From: Planctomycetota bacterium
Lineage (GTDB): Bacteria; Planctomycetota; JAJSAM01
Length of the DNA stretch: 54,191 nt
Reading direction: 5' to 3'
Assembly: GCA_025459285.1 (NCBI GenBank)
Contig: JALOQY010000002.1
Span: forward strand, 1-54,191
Numbering within the stretch: position 1 is the first letter of the stretch; each line of letters opens with the position of its first letter. Of this stretch, positions 8,540 to 17,739 are shown piece after piece. The notes under the pieces were generated by a model, which saw only the letters and a program-made list of their open reading frames with translations, searched no databases and was not told where the DNA came from. A program made the position numbers and the translations under genes.

Positions 8540-11088
8540 GATCTCGCCTCCTTTGCCGCCTCCAGGCGGTCCAGCCTCTCCTCCAGTTTCCTCGTTTTCT
8601 CCAGAAGATCCTCGAACTCTTTTTTGCGCTTCACGTCGTCCGGCTTTCCGTCGCCCTCGCGAATGGCGTTGACGAGGCGCCGGAGGCGGGGGTGGCTCTG
8701 CTCCGCGAACCCGGACCGGGCGGCCTCGATCGCGGCGGCGCCGGGACCGTGCTTGAGGATCGCGAGCCCCCCGGCCGCGGCGAACCGGACGAAAGGACGC
8801 GGGTCGCGGAGAAGACCGATCAGGTCCTCGCCGGCCTGGTCGCGGTGCCGTCTCTCGAGGAACAGAGCGCTCTGCGCGAAAGCGGCGGGGAGGACGTGGA
8901 GCACATCCTCGGGCTCCTGGCCGCCGAGGAGACGCGCACGGAGTCCCGTGAAGACCTCCTCGGACCGCGAAGCGGCGAGGCCGCGGAGCGCACCCGCCCT
9001 GACGATGCCGCGCCAGCCGTCGTCGTGCGAGGCGGCGAGAAGGCGCGGGAGGTCGGCGGGGTCCCGCTGCGCCCCGAGGGCGGCGAGGGCGTTCTGGGCG
9101 ACGAGGTACGTGGGGTGGCGATCGAGCATGGCCCGCAGTGCCGCCGCCAATCCCGGATCGCGGAACTCCGCGGCGACGCCGGCGAGGACGACGAGGACGC
9201 GCGGATCCTCCTCGGAGCCGAGGAGGCGGGCGATCCACTCCACGGCGCGCGCGGCCTTCGAGACCGAAAGAGCCCGTGCCATCTCCCGGCGCGCGCCCCA
9301 GAACGGCTCGGTGGCGAAGGCCTCGCCCACCGCATCCAGATTGCCCCTCGTGCCCGTCTTCGCCAGCGCCTCGGCGGCGAGGATCCGCCCCTCGATGTCC
9401 GGGGCGTGCCGCAGGGCCCGGCGGAGCATGGCATCTCCGGGGTTCATCTCGATGCGGAACAGCAGATCCCCGTCGGGATCGACGCGGACGGAGAGGGGCG
9501 CCTTTCCCAGTGGCACCACGACGACGTGGCGCTCCCGCTCCACCTCGATGCGCCGCCGCGCGAACCGCCCCTCTTCCTCCTCCCACGCGAGGACGAGCGG
9601 GAAGGCGAAGGGGGCGACCTTGCCGTCGGTACCGGTCTGGGTCTGCTTCACCGTGAACGTCCCCGTGCCGGCCTCGGCGTCGTGGGCGAAGGAGACGTCG
9701 AGTTTCGGATAGCCCGGGGAGTGGATCCACTGGTCGAAGAAACGCACGAGAGAACGTCCGGAGCGGGCCTCGAGGGCCCGGCGGAAATCCTCCGTCTCCA
9801 CCGTCCCCGCGCCGTGGCGGGCGAGGTAGTCCGTCACGGCCGCCCAGAAGTCCCCTTCGCCGAGGAGCCGGCGCAGCATGTGGATGCGCCAGGCGCCGCC
9901 GGGGTAGAGGTGGCGGTCGTACATGGCCCAGGACGAGTCGAACGTCCGGGTGACGATGGGCCGTGAGTAGGTTTCGTCGGCCTCCTTCATGTACGCCCGG
10001 GCCTGCTCGAACCGGTGGTAGCGCGCTTCGTCCTCGCCGGCCTCGTCTTCGAGCCAGCAGTTCTCCATGTAGGTGGCCCAGGACTCCTTGAGCCAGGCGT
10101 GGGCGAAATCGCGGATGACGACCGCGTCGCCGAACCAGGCATGGGCCATCTCGTGGACGTTGACGATGTCGAACACGTGGGTGAACTCGCGCGCGAGGGT
10201 CTCGTCGAGGAGATAGCCGTCATCCCACGAGACGAGGGAGATGTTCTCCATCGCGCCGCCGATGCGGGGGACGGCGAACTGGAAGTACTTCGGGTAGGGG
10301 TAGCGCACGCCGAGGCGGTTCTCGAACCAACGGAGCATGCGGGGGGTGCGGCCGAAGGAGCGGCGGAGGTCGGCCTCCGTGGCGCGCTCCTCCGGAGCGA
10401 AGTAGGCGATCTCGCGGCCGTCCACGGGTTCGTCGACGGCGCGGACGAAGTGGCCCGCGGCAAGGCAGACGAGGTAGCTTGGACAGGGCTGGTCGAGACG
10501 CCAGCGGGCGGTCTTCGTGCCGTCGCCGTTCGCCTCCTCGCCCTCGGACCGGCCGTTCGCGAGCACCGTGAAGTCGACGGGCGCGGTGAGGGCGAAGGAG
10601 AGCGTGGTGCGGATCGCCGGGTAGTCGACGCAGGGCAGCCAGTAGCGCGCGCGCTCCGTCTCGTTGTCGGTGGCGACGAAGAGCGGGCGGCCGGGGTTCG
10701 CGGCGTCGGGTGTCGAGAACATGAGCCCGGTGATGGGGTGGTCCACCCGATAGACCACGGCGAAGCGCCGGGTTTCCCCGCGGGTGAGCGCCCGCTCGAA
10801 GAGAACGGTGATCCGCCGGCCGTCGTAGGAGAAGGCGAGATCGTGACCGTCCTCGCCCGAGACGGCCACGTCCTCGAAGGCGCGGGCCTCCAGGATGATC
10901 TTCCTCGCCCCGTCGGCGGCGGCCCGGACCGTCGTCACCACGCGGCCGGCGGCAGCCTGGGCGGCCACGTCGAACCGGAGCGCGATGTCGAGGTGGACCG
11001 GTTCGAGGACGAGATCCGGGGGGTACTGGGGTTCGGCGCCGGGCAGGGTGAAATCGGTGGCGAAGGATCCGGAATGCCGGGTGTTCAT
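8536..11088 (-). CDS. M1-family zinc aminopeptidase (PepN-like) with C-terminal HEAT-repeat region
   Basis: GAMEN motif (IGGAMENIS). HEMAH followed 18 residues later by E (HEMAHAWFGDAVVIRDFAHAWLKE). The C-terminal ~300 aa are HEAT-like repeats. ATG at 11088 is preceded by GGGAGAA and overlaps the upstream stop (ATGA). Confidence 0.9.
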   Translation of the reverse strand: MNTRHSGSFATDFTLPGAEPQYPPDLVLEPVHLDIALRFDVAAQAAAGRVVTTVRAAADGARKIILEARAFEDVAVSGEDGHDLAFSYDGRRITVLFERALTRGETRRFAVVYRVDHPITGLMFSTPDAANPGRPLFVATDNETERARYWLPCVDYPAIRTTLSFALTAPVDFTVLANGRSEGEEANGDGTKTARWRLDQPCPSYLVCLAAGHFVRAVDEPVDGREIAYFAPEERATEADLRRSFGRTPRMLRWFENRLGVRYPYPKYFQFAVPRIGGAMENISLVSWDDGYLLDETLAREFTHVFDIVNVHEMAHAWFGDAVVIRDFAHAWLKESWATYMENCWLEDEAGEDEARYHRFEQARAYMKEADETYSRPIVTRTFDSSWAMYDRHLYPGGAWRIHMLRRLLGEGDFWAAVTDYLARHGAGTVETEDFRRALEARSGRSLVRFFDQWIHSPGYPKLDVSFAHDAEAGTGTFTVKQTQTGTDGKVAPFAFPLVLAWEEEEGRFARRRIEVERERHVVVVPLGKAPLSVRVDPDGDLLFRIEMNPGDAMLRRALRHAPDIEGRILAAEALAKTGTRGNLDAVGEAFATEPFWGARREMARALSVSKAARAVEWIARLLGSEEDPRVLVVLAGVAAEFRDPGLAAALRAMLDRHPTYLVAQNALAALGAQRDPADLPRLLAASHDDGWRGIVRAGALRGLAASRSEEVFTGLRARLLGGQEPEDVLHVLPAAFAQSALFLERRHRDQAGEDLIGLLRDPRPFVRFAAAGGLAILKHGPGAAAIEAARSGFAEQSHPRLRRLVNAIREGDGKPDDVKRKKEFEDLLEKTRKLEERLDRLEAAKEARS

Positions 11089-12800
11089 CGGTTCTCCCTT
11101 TCGGAAGCGGACCATGCGATGGTCCCGCCCTTCTGCGAATCATAGCGGAGTCGGATGGCCGGGGACGTGGCTCCCTCCACGGCGACGATCCACTCCGCGC
11201 GGATGCGCCCCCGCGAGGAGACGCCCCGTTCCACGCGAAGCCTCTGCGGCTCGTGGGCCACGGGCTCGGCGCGTTCGCGCATCGGGGGCCCGTGGAGGAG
11301 CCCGCCGGCCACGACCCGACCTCCGTCGACCTCGATCGAGAAGAAGTCGGGGAGACCGATGCCGTGGCGGGCAGCCAGGGCGGAGCGGGTGGGAAGGAGC
11401 CGGCGGTTGACCACTTCCGCCCGGACGCGGAAGAGCCCCGGCGCGATCGGCTGCACCTCCGGGGGACCGAGCGAGAGCTCCGGAAGCTCAGAGGCGTGCT
11501 TCAACGTGAAGGCCATGTTGCGGTGGCAGAGCTCCGGGAGCATGAAGAGTGGCGGCACGCGGCCGATGGTCTTCCGGAGCCCCCCGATCTCGATGTCGCC
11601 ATACCGGGGATGGGAAAAGGGCCGCCACGCGGCGAAGTGTGCGCCGAACTCGACTTCCGCGTCGAATCGGTGGCGATCGGAGGAGTCGGGGCGGCCGTCG
11701 TATTGGGCGTCCGCGAAGAGCTCGTTCGTGAACGCGAAGATGCCGAGGTTCTCGTAGGCGAAGGCGATCAGGGAGCCGTAGGCGGTGTAGAGGTCCTTCG
11801 CGAGGACGAGGTAGCGGTAGTGGGGGAGGATCCTTTCCCCGGCACGGCCCAGCTCGTCGTAGACCTCGCGGTCGGCCTCGGGCCATGGCTCGGCGTCCGC
11901 ATGGCCGGGGCCGCGGAGGATCATGCCGCCCCAGGTGTGATAGCTCTGGACGGCGGCGATGTTCGGGTGCGCGAATAGGAAGTCGCCGACCGCGCGGGTC
12001 TCGGGGTAGCAGAGTGGCCAGGCTCCGGCCCCGCCCTGGAAGCCCTCGGGGCGCCAGTCGCCGGGGAAGTTGCGGTTCAGGTCGTAGCCCCCCGGCCCGT
12101 CCTCATTCACCTCGCCGTCACCGTCATTGTCGATCCCCTCCCATCCGAGGATGATCCACTCGCCCTCCTGTCCCGAGGTCACGAGCTCCATGCGCCGCGG
12201 GTCGTCGCGCACCGTGCGGTGCGTGCCGCCGGAGGCCACCCTCTTCCGCATGAGTGTGATGGAGCCGTCGCCGTCCAGGTCGTCGGGGCCGTCCTCGTCG
12301 GCGAGGCCGTCGTGGTCTTCGTCCAGGGGTTCGAGTCCCGAGCGGGGGAACTCGGGGGTCCCGGCCGGCGCGAACCAGTGTTCGCGCGCGTCGGGGTTGA
12401 CGCAGGGGAGGACGTAGAACGTGACGCGGCGCAGCAGCGCGGCGATTTCCGGGAGGCGCCGCCGGTTCTCGAGGAGGTACCACAGGGTGTAGAGGCAGAC
12501 CTCCGTCCCCTGCACCTCGTTCCCGTGGATGGCGGCGTCGATCCAGATGGCCGGTCGATCGCGCTCCGGTGGGCCGGCGGGATCGGCGAGGATCGCGAGA
12601 GTGAGGTCGCGGCCCTGCGAGGACTTCCCGAGGCTCTCGAGACGGAGACCCTCCGGCCACGCGTCGCGCAGGGCGCCCAGCGCCTCTGTGAGTGCCGCGC
12701 CGTCGTAGAGGCGGTCGAAGCGGAGCTCGGGGACGGCCCCGCCAGCGGCCCGCGTGGCGGGTGCGAGGAGGAGCAGGAGGAGAGAAGCGAGGCGCTTCAC
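11085..12800 (-). CDS. M14-family zinc carboxypeptidase (catalytic residues intact)
   Basis: Signal peptide. HxxE zinc motif (AAIHGNEVQG), DLNRNF, third His (QSYHTWGG) and catalytic Glu (AFTNELF). Asp-rich calcium-type inserts (DEDHDGLADEDGPDDLDGDG, DNDGDGEVNEDG). The GTG start overlaps the upstream stop (GTGA at 12797-12800). Confidence 0.85.
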   Translation of the reverse strand: MKRLASLLLLLLAPATRAAGGAVPELRFDRLYDGAALTEALGALRDAWPEGLRLESLGKSSQGRDLTLAILADPAGPPERDRPAIWIDAAIHGNEVQGTEVCLYTLWYLLENRRRLPEIAALLRRVTFYVLPCVNPDAREHWFAPAGTPEFPRSGLEPLDEDHDGLADEDGPDDLDGDGSITLMRKRVASGGTHRTVRDDPRRMELVTSGQEGEWIILGWEGIDNDGDGEVNEDGPGGYDLNRNFPGDWRPEGFQGGAGAWPLCYPETRAVGDFLFAHPNIAAVQSYHTWGGMILRGPGHADAEPWPEADREVYDELGRAGERILPHYRYLVLAKDLYTAYGSLIAFAYENLGIFAFTNELFADAQYDGRPDSSDRHRFDAEVEFGAHFAAWRPFSHPRYGDIEIGGLRKTIGRVPPLFMLPELCHRNMAFTLKHASELPELSLGPPEVQPIAPGLFRVRAEVVNRRLLPTRSALAARHGIGLPDFFSIEVDGGRVVAGGLLHGPPMRERAEPVAHEPQRLRVERGVSSRGRIRAEWIVAVEGATSPAIRLRYDSQKGGTIAWSASERENR

Positions 12801-14422
12801 AGGATCACCTCCGCCTCGAGGGGCGGAAAGCGCGGGGAGGCCAGGAGGACCCGCAGGCGATCGCCGGGCATCCCGGCGACGGTGAAGCGGAAGGTCCGCG
12901 CGCTTTCGGGAAGACGCCAGACGAGCGCCTGCGTGGGGCCGGCGAGGACCGCGGCGGCCGGTTCGACCGAGAGCCGCAGGGGCGCGAGGGTTCGCTGGCG
13001 TTCACCCATGGCGGTGGCGAGAGGGAAGGCGCCTTCGTTGACGAGCGTGACGCGCACCTCGTGGGCGCCCGGTGCCAGTTCGCGGACCTCCACGGCTCGG
13101 AGAGAGGGGCGGGGGAGGAGTCCGAGGAGCGCCGTGACGAAGCGGGCCTGGGCGTCCGCCAGCGCCGGGAGGGCGTCCGGAGGCGGGTTCAGGCGGAAGA
13201 GCGGGGCGAACCCGCCGATCTCCACCGGGCCGAGCGTCGGGTGGTCGAAGGGCGCGAGGGACCGGAAACCGGCTCCGTCGAGCGCGGCATCGGACCACGC
13301 GAGCCAGCGGGCGTCCGCGGAGGCCGGCTTCGCGCCGGACGGCAGCAGGTGGTCACCGGCGGGAGGTTCGCGGAAGAGCGGGGTCGCGAAGGCCGGGAGC
13401 CCGCGGCAGAAGTAGGCGAAGTGGTGGAAGGCGCCGGCCGGAGGGTCCGCGAGGGCGCCCGGCGTGGCGGCGGTATCCGCGAAGCGGCGCGCGGCCTCGG
13501 AGAAGAGGGGGACGTCATCGGGGAACGGGCCGTCGGGCATGGCGCGGCCCTGCGCGCGGTTGGCGGGAGGGACCCCGGAGAGGTTGTCGTGGCGGCCGTA
13601 GACGAGGACGGCGGCGATGAGCGGATTCCCGACGAGATGGCCGGCGAGGGCCCGCGATTCGGGCTCGGAGGGTTGCGCCGGGCCCCGGCGGGGGTCGTAG
13701 CGGTCGCCACCGCAGGGGAAGTTGCGGTCGAGGTCCACGCCGCCCGGACCGTCCTCGGCCACCTCGCCGTCCCCGTCCGAGTCGAGCCCCTCGGGCAGGA
13801 GATGGAAGGAGCCGCGTTCGAACCGCGAACCGTCCGCGGGAACCAGCAGACGCGGGTCCTCGGGGGAGATCCGGAGGGGGCCGGCGGGATCGGGGACTCG
13901 CATCCACGTCACGAAACCGTCGCCATCGAGGTCCCGGGGCGGGTCCTCGTCGAGGCGGCCATCGCGGTCGTCGTCGCGCGGGCCGAGGTTCCCGCGGAAC
14001 TCGCGCTCCGGGCCGGCGAGGAGCGCCGCGAGGCCGTCGGGGTTGACGAGCGGAACGATCTCCACGGCGCAACGGGAGAGGAGTTCGGCAACCGCGGAGT
14101 CGGCGGCGGCCAGCCGGGCCAGGGCCTTCGGCAGCGCGAGCGCCGTCGCGGTCCCCACCCGGTGGTCGGCGGCGAGCCCCGCGACGACGAGAAGGCGTGG
14201 CCGGCCCTCGATCGGCAGCGGGCCGGGGAGACCCGAAAGCAGCGCGAGAATCGGGCGATCCTGCCGGGAGCGACCGATCTCGGCGAGACGGCCGAGCGGC
14301 AGATCACCCGGGGTTGCCCTCAGGACCGCCTCGACCTCGCCGGGGCCGGGATAGGCGGGGTCCGCGCCGGGATCGGAGAGGAGCGGGAGCAGGATCAGGA
14401 GCGCGACAGCGAGCTTGCCCAT
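12797..14422 (-). CDS. M14-like paralog lacking zinc ligands and catalytic Glu (probable pseudopeptidase)
   Basis: The architecture and Asp-rich inserts match the neighbour (DDDRDGRLDEDPPRDLDGDG, DSDGDGEVAEDG, DLDRNF). The aligned positions read AGLAADHRVG (HxxE lost), VYGRHDN (third His lost) and AFATPLF (Glu to Pro). Signal peptide LAVALLILLPLL. Confidence 0.75.
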   Translation of the reverse strand: MGKLAVALLILLPLLSDPGADPAYPGPGEVEAVLRATPGDLPLGRLAEIGRSRQDRPILALLSGLPGPLPIEGRPRLLVVAGLAADHRVGTATALALPKALARLAAADSAVAELLSRCAVEIVPLVNPDGLAALLAGPEREFRGNLGPRDDDRDGRLDEDPPRDLDGDGFVTWMRVPDPAGPLRISPEDPRLLVPADGSRFERGSFHLLPEGLDSDGDGEVAEDGPGGVDLDRNFPCGGDRYDPRRGPAQPSEPESRALAGHLVGNPLIAAVLVYGRHDNLSGVPPANRAQGRAMPDGPFPDDVPLFSEAARRFADTAATPGALADPPAGAFHHFAYFCRGLPAFATPLFREPPAGDHLLPSGAKPASADARWLAWSDAALDGAGFRSLAPFDHPTLGPVEIGGFAPLFRLNPPPDALPALADAQARFVTALLGLLPRPSLRAVEVRELAPGAHEVRVTLVNEGAFPLATAMGERQRTLAPLRLSVEPAAAVLAGPTQALVWRLPESARTFRFTVAGMPGDRLRVLLASPRFPPLEAEVIL

Positions 14423-14439
14423 GGGAAGGAACGACTATA

Positions 14440-14455
14440 CCCGACGGGCTGCTGA
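14440..14455. repeat. single arm of the palindromic repeat family
   Basis: cccgacgggctgctga lies between the phoU stop and the M14-like gene start. No matching second arm was seen. Confidence 0.4.
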
Positions 14456-14480
14456 CTCCGGCGGGGAAGTCCGGCCGGCG

Positions 14481-15170
14481 TCAAGCGGGGGGCGGGGGCG
14501 CGGGCGGCTGCGGAGCACGGTCGCGGCCGTGGCGGATCACCACGCCCTCCACGAGGAAGACCACGTCCTCGGCGATGTTCGTGGCGAGGTCGGCCATGCG
14601 CTCCAGGTGGCGCGAGGCCGAGAGGATGTGGAGGGCCCGCTCGATCCGGTCCGGTTCCGCGCGGACCCAGTCCTCGACCACCGCGTACATGCGACGGTGC
14701 ATCCGGTCGACCTCGTCGTCGGACCGGATGACACCGCGGGCGAGGGCCGTATCCTGGCCCACGAGGGCATCGAGGGCCTCGCGGATCATCCGGCGGACGC
14801 GCTCGGCGATCTCCGTGAGGAGGGGCGGGGAGTCGAGGGAGGGCCGTGAAGAGAGGAACGCCGCCCGTTCGGCGACGTTGCGCGCGAGGTCTCCCATGCG
14901 CTCGAGGTCGTTGTTGACCTTGAGGGTGGTGACGATGAACCGGAGGTCGCGGGCGACGGGCTGGTGCAGGGCGAGCATCTTCAGGCACTCGTCCTCGATC
15001 TCCACCTCCCGGTCGTCGATGCGGTCGTCGCCGGTGATGACCTCCTCGGCGAGCCCGGGACGTCGCTCCACGAGGGCGGTGAGGGCCGTGTCGATCGCCG
15101 CCTCGACGAGGGATCCCATGGAGAGGATGCGGCGCTTCAGACGTTCGAGGTCGCGGTGGAGGTGTCGCAT
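14481..15170 (-). CDS. phoU: phosphate signalling complex protein PhoU
   Basis: Two PhoU repeats with the ARDLRF..LKVNNDLERMGDLARNVAE and SASRHLERMADLATNIAED motifs. Confidence 0.95.
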   Translation of the reverse strand: MRHLHRDLERLKRRILSMGSLVEAAIDTALTALVERRPGLAEEVITGDDRIDDREVEIEDECLKMLALHQPVARDLRFIVTTLKVNNDLERMGDLARNVAERAAFLSSRPSLDSPPLLTEIAERVRRMIREALDALVGQDTALARGVIRSDDEVDRMHRRMYAVVEDWVRAEPDRIERALHILSASRHLERMADLATNIAEDVVFLVEGVVIRHGRDRAPQPPAPPPPA

Positions 15171-15176
15171 GGCGGT

Positions 15177-16055
15177 CTACCCGAACCGGCCGGTGACGTA
15201 GTCGCCGGTTTCCTTCAGGTGGGGGTTGATGAAGATCTTCTCGGTGGGACCGTACTCGATCACATAGCCGAGGTACATGAACGCGGTGTAGTCGCTGACC
15301 CGCGACGCCTGCTGCATGTTGTGGGTCACGATGAGCACGGAGTAGGTGCCGCGCAACTCGCCGATGAGGTCCTCGATGCGGCCGGTGGCGATGGGGTCGA
15401 GGGCCGAGCACGGCTCGTCCATCAGGAGCACCTCGGGTTCGGCGGCGATGGCCCGGGCGATGCAGAGGCGCTGCTGCTGGCCGCCGGAGAGGCCGAGCGC
15501 GCTCTCGTTCAGGCGGTCCTTCACCTCGCCCCACAGCGCGGCGCCCTTGAGACTGCGCTCAGCGACCTCGGCGAGGACCGTGCGGTCGCGGATGCCGTCG
15601 ATGCGGAGCGGGTAGACGACGTTCTCGAAGATGCTCATCGGGAACGGGTTCGACTTCTGGAAGACCATGCCCATGCGCTTGCGCAGTTCGATCACGTCGA
15701 CCGACCGGCCGTAGATGGGGTCTCCGTTGAGCAGCATGTCACCGTCGATGCGGACGGAGTCGATGAGGTCGTTCATCCGGTTCACGGCCCGGAGGAGGGT
15801 GGACTTGCCGCACCCCGAGGGGCCGATGAGGGCGGTGACCTTGCCGCGCGGGATCCTCATGCTGATGTCGAACAGGGCCTGCTTCGCGCCATAGAAGAGG
15901 TTGAAACGGCGGACCTCCAGGACGGCCTCCTCGGCGGCGAGTTCGGCGTGGACGTCCGTGGCGAAGCGCGCCCCGCCGGCGATCGCGGCGAGACGGTCGA
16001 CCGGTGGATCGGCGGCTTCGGCGGTGGTCAGGCTGGCGGTCAGGGCGTGTTCCAT
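15177..16055 (-). CDS. pstB: phosphate ABC transporter ATP-binding protein PstB
   Basis: [20 protein letters not shown] (Walker A), [14 protein letters not shown] (signature) and [12 protein letters not shown] (Walker B). The N-terminal extension is ~30 aa. Confidence 0.95.
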   Translation of the reverse strand: MEHALTASLTTAEAADPPVDRLAAIAGGARFATDVHAELAAEEAVLEVRRFNLFYGAKQALFDISMRIPRGKVTALIGPSGCGKSTLLRAVNRMNDLIDSVRIDGDMLLNGDPIYGRSVDVIELRKRMGMVFQKSNPFPMSIFENVVYPLRIDGIRDRTVLAEVAERSLKGAALWGEVKDRLNESALGLSGGQQQRLCIARAIAAEPEVLLMDEPCSALDPIATGRIEDLIGELRGTYSVLIVTHNMQQASRVSDYTAFMYLGYVIEYGPTEKIFINPHLKETGDYVTGRFG

Positions 16056-16056
16056 G

Positions 16057-17739
16057 TCAGAAATGACCCTCCCCGAACTTGCGGCGCAGGCGGCCGCGGA
16101 TCCAGATGGAAGCGACGTTGAGCGCCACGACGATGCCGATGAGGAGCAGCGTCGTGGTGAAGACCATCGGTTTCGCGGCTTCGCTGTTCTGGCTCTGGAA
16201 GCCGAGGTCGTAGATGTGGAAACCGAGATGCATGAAGCTGCGCTCGGGGTGGACGAAGGGCGCGACGCCGTCGATGGGTAGTTCCGGGGCGAGCTTCACC
16301 GCGCCCACGAGCATGAGCGGAGCGACCTCTCCCGCGCCGCGGGCCATGGCGAGGATCGTGCCCGTCATGATGCCCGGCATGGCGCGGGGAAGGACGATCC
16401 GCCGGATCGTCTGCCACTTGCTCGCCCCGCAGGCGTAGGAGCCCTCGCGCATGGAGCGGGGCACCGCGGCGAGCGCCTCCTCGGTGGCCACGATGACCAC
16501 CGGCAGGGTGAGGAGCGCGAGGGTCAGCGAAGCCCACAGCAGTCCACCCTTCCCGTACTTCGGGTTCGGGAGGAACTCCGGGAAGAAGATCTCGTCGATG
16601 CCCGCGCCGAGGATGTAGCAGAAGAACCCGAGGCCGAACACGCCGAAGACGATGCTCGGGACGCCGGCGAGGTTGTTGATCGCGATGCGGACGGTGCTCA
16701 CGAGAAACCCGGCCTTCGCGTACTCCCGCAGATACAGGGCGGCGAGCACTCCGAAGGGGACGACGAGGATGCACATGATGAGGGTCATCACCACGGTGCC
16801 GAAGATGGCCGGGAAGACGCCGCCCTCGCTGTTGGCCTCGCGCGGTTCGTCCGAGAGGAACTCCCACCAGCGGGAGAGGTAGAGACCGGCTTTCCCGAGA
16901 ATGGTCATCCGGTTGGGGGCGTGGGCGCGGACGATCTCGGAGAGGGCCAGCGCCTTCTCCTTGCCGTCGGCGGTGCGGAGCACCATCCGGTAGCGGTCGT
17001 TCTCGCGGTTCAGTTCGGCGATGCGGCCGGAGATCTCGTCGAAGTCGACCTTGCACTCCTCCGTCACCCGGGCGAGGCGCTCGAGGGCCGCGACATGCTC
17101 GGGAGAGTCCCGGCCGTGGTCGAGCACGACCCGGTTGACATCGAGGCGGGCGCGCTCCTGCCGGTGGTTGACGCGTCCGATGTCCACGCGCTCCAGTTCC
17201 TGTCGGACCGCGAGCCGGTCGCGGCACTCGTCATGGCGCTCGAGGTAGCGCTGCCAGACGACTTCCGGTGTCGTGGCGATGGCCTGACCGTCGAGGAGGA
17301 ACGCGGCGGGGTAGCCGTAGAATCGCCCCCACTCCAGACGCTCGATGACGACGGCCCACTCCGGCTCCGACTCCGAGACGATGTCGGGGTCGGAAATCCA
17401 GTCGAAGTGGGTGCCGGAGAGCTCGAAGTTCCCGGTGCGCAGCATCCGCCGCCGTGTCTCCGGCTCGCCGGGGGGGGTGAAGTCCTCGGTGCGGCTGATC
17501 TCTCCCAGGAAGACCTTCGTCGCGGTCCGGATCTCCGGCACGGGACCGGGCCAGAACGTCGAGAGTCCCTGCAGGAGGACGAGCAGGAGCAGCCCGACGA
17601 CCATGAAGAGCCCGATGGCGAGCGCTCCGCCGTTGAGCCAGACCATGGGCTCGCCGTGCGCGAAAAGCGAGGTGCGCCGAGCCCTCCGCGGCCGGCGGGA
17701 GGAAGCGGGCGGGTCCTTCACGGGTGGCGTCACGTTCAC
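16057..17739 (-). CDS. pstA: phosphate ABC transporter permease PstA, long form with ~260-aa periplasmic insert
   Basis: The C-terminal permease core matches PstA ([51 protein letters not shown]). The GTG at 17739 overlaps the pstC stop (GTGA). An alternative ATG (MVWLNGG) lies 30 codons downstream. Confidence 0.85.
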   Translation of the reverse strand: MNVTPPVKDPPASSRRPRRARRTSLFAHGEPMVWLNGGALAIGLFMVVGLLLLVLLQGLSTFWPGPVPEIRTATKVFLGEISRTEDFTPPGEPETRRRMLRTGNFELSGTHFDWISDPDIVSESEPEWAVVIERLEWGRFYGYPAAFLLDGQAIATTPEVVWQRYLERHDECRDRLAVRQELERVDIGRVNHRQERARLDVNRVVLDHGRDSPEHVAALERLARVTEECKVDFDEISGRIAELNRENDRYRMVLRTADGKEKALALSEIVRAHAPNRMTILGKAGLYLSRWWEFLSDEPREANSEGGVFPAIFGTVVMTLIMCILVVPFGVLAALYLREYAKAGFLVSTVRIAINNLAGVPSIVFGVFGLGFFCYILGAGIDEIFFPEFLPNPKYGKGGLLWASLTLALLTLPVVIVATEEALAAVPRSMREGSYACGASKWQTIRRIVLPRAMPGIMTGTILAMARGAGEVAPLMLVGAVKLAPELPIDGVAPFVHPERSFMHLGFHIYDLGFQSQNSEAAKPMVFTTTLLLIGIVVALNVASIWIRGRLRRKFGEGHF

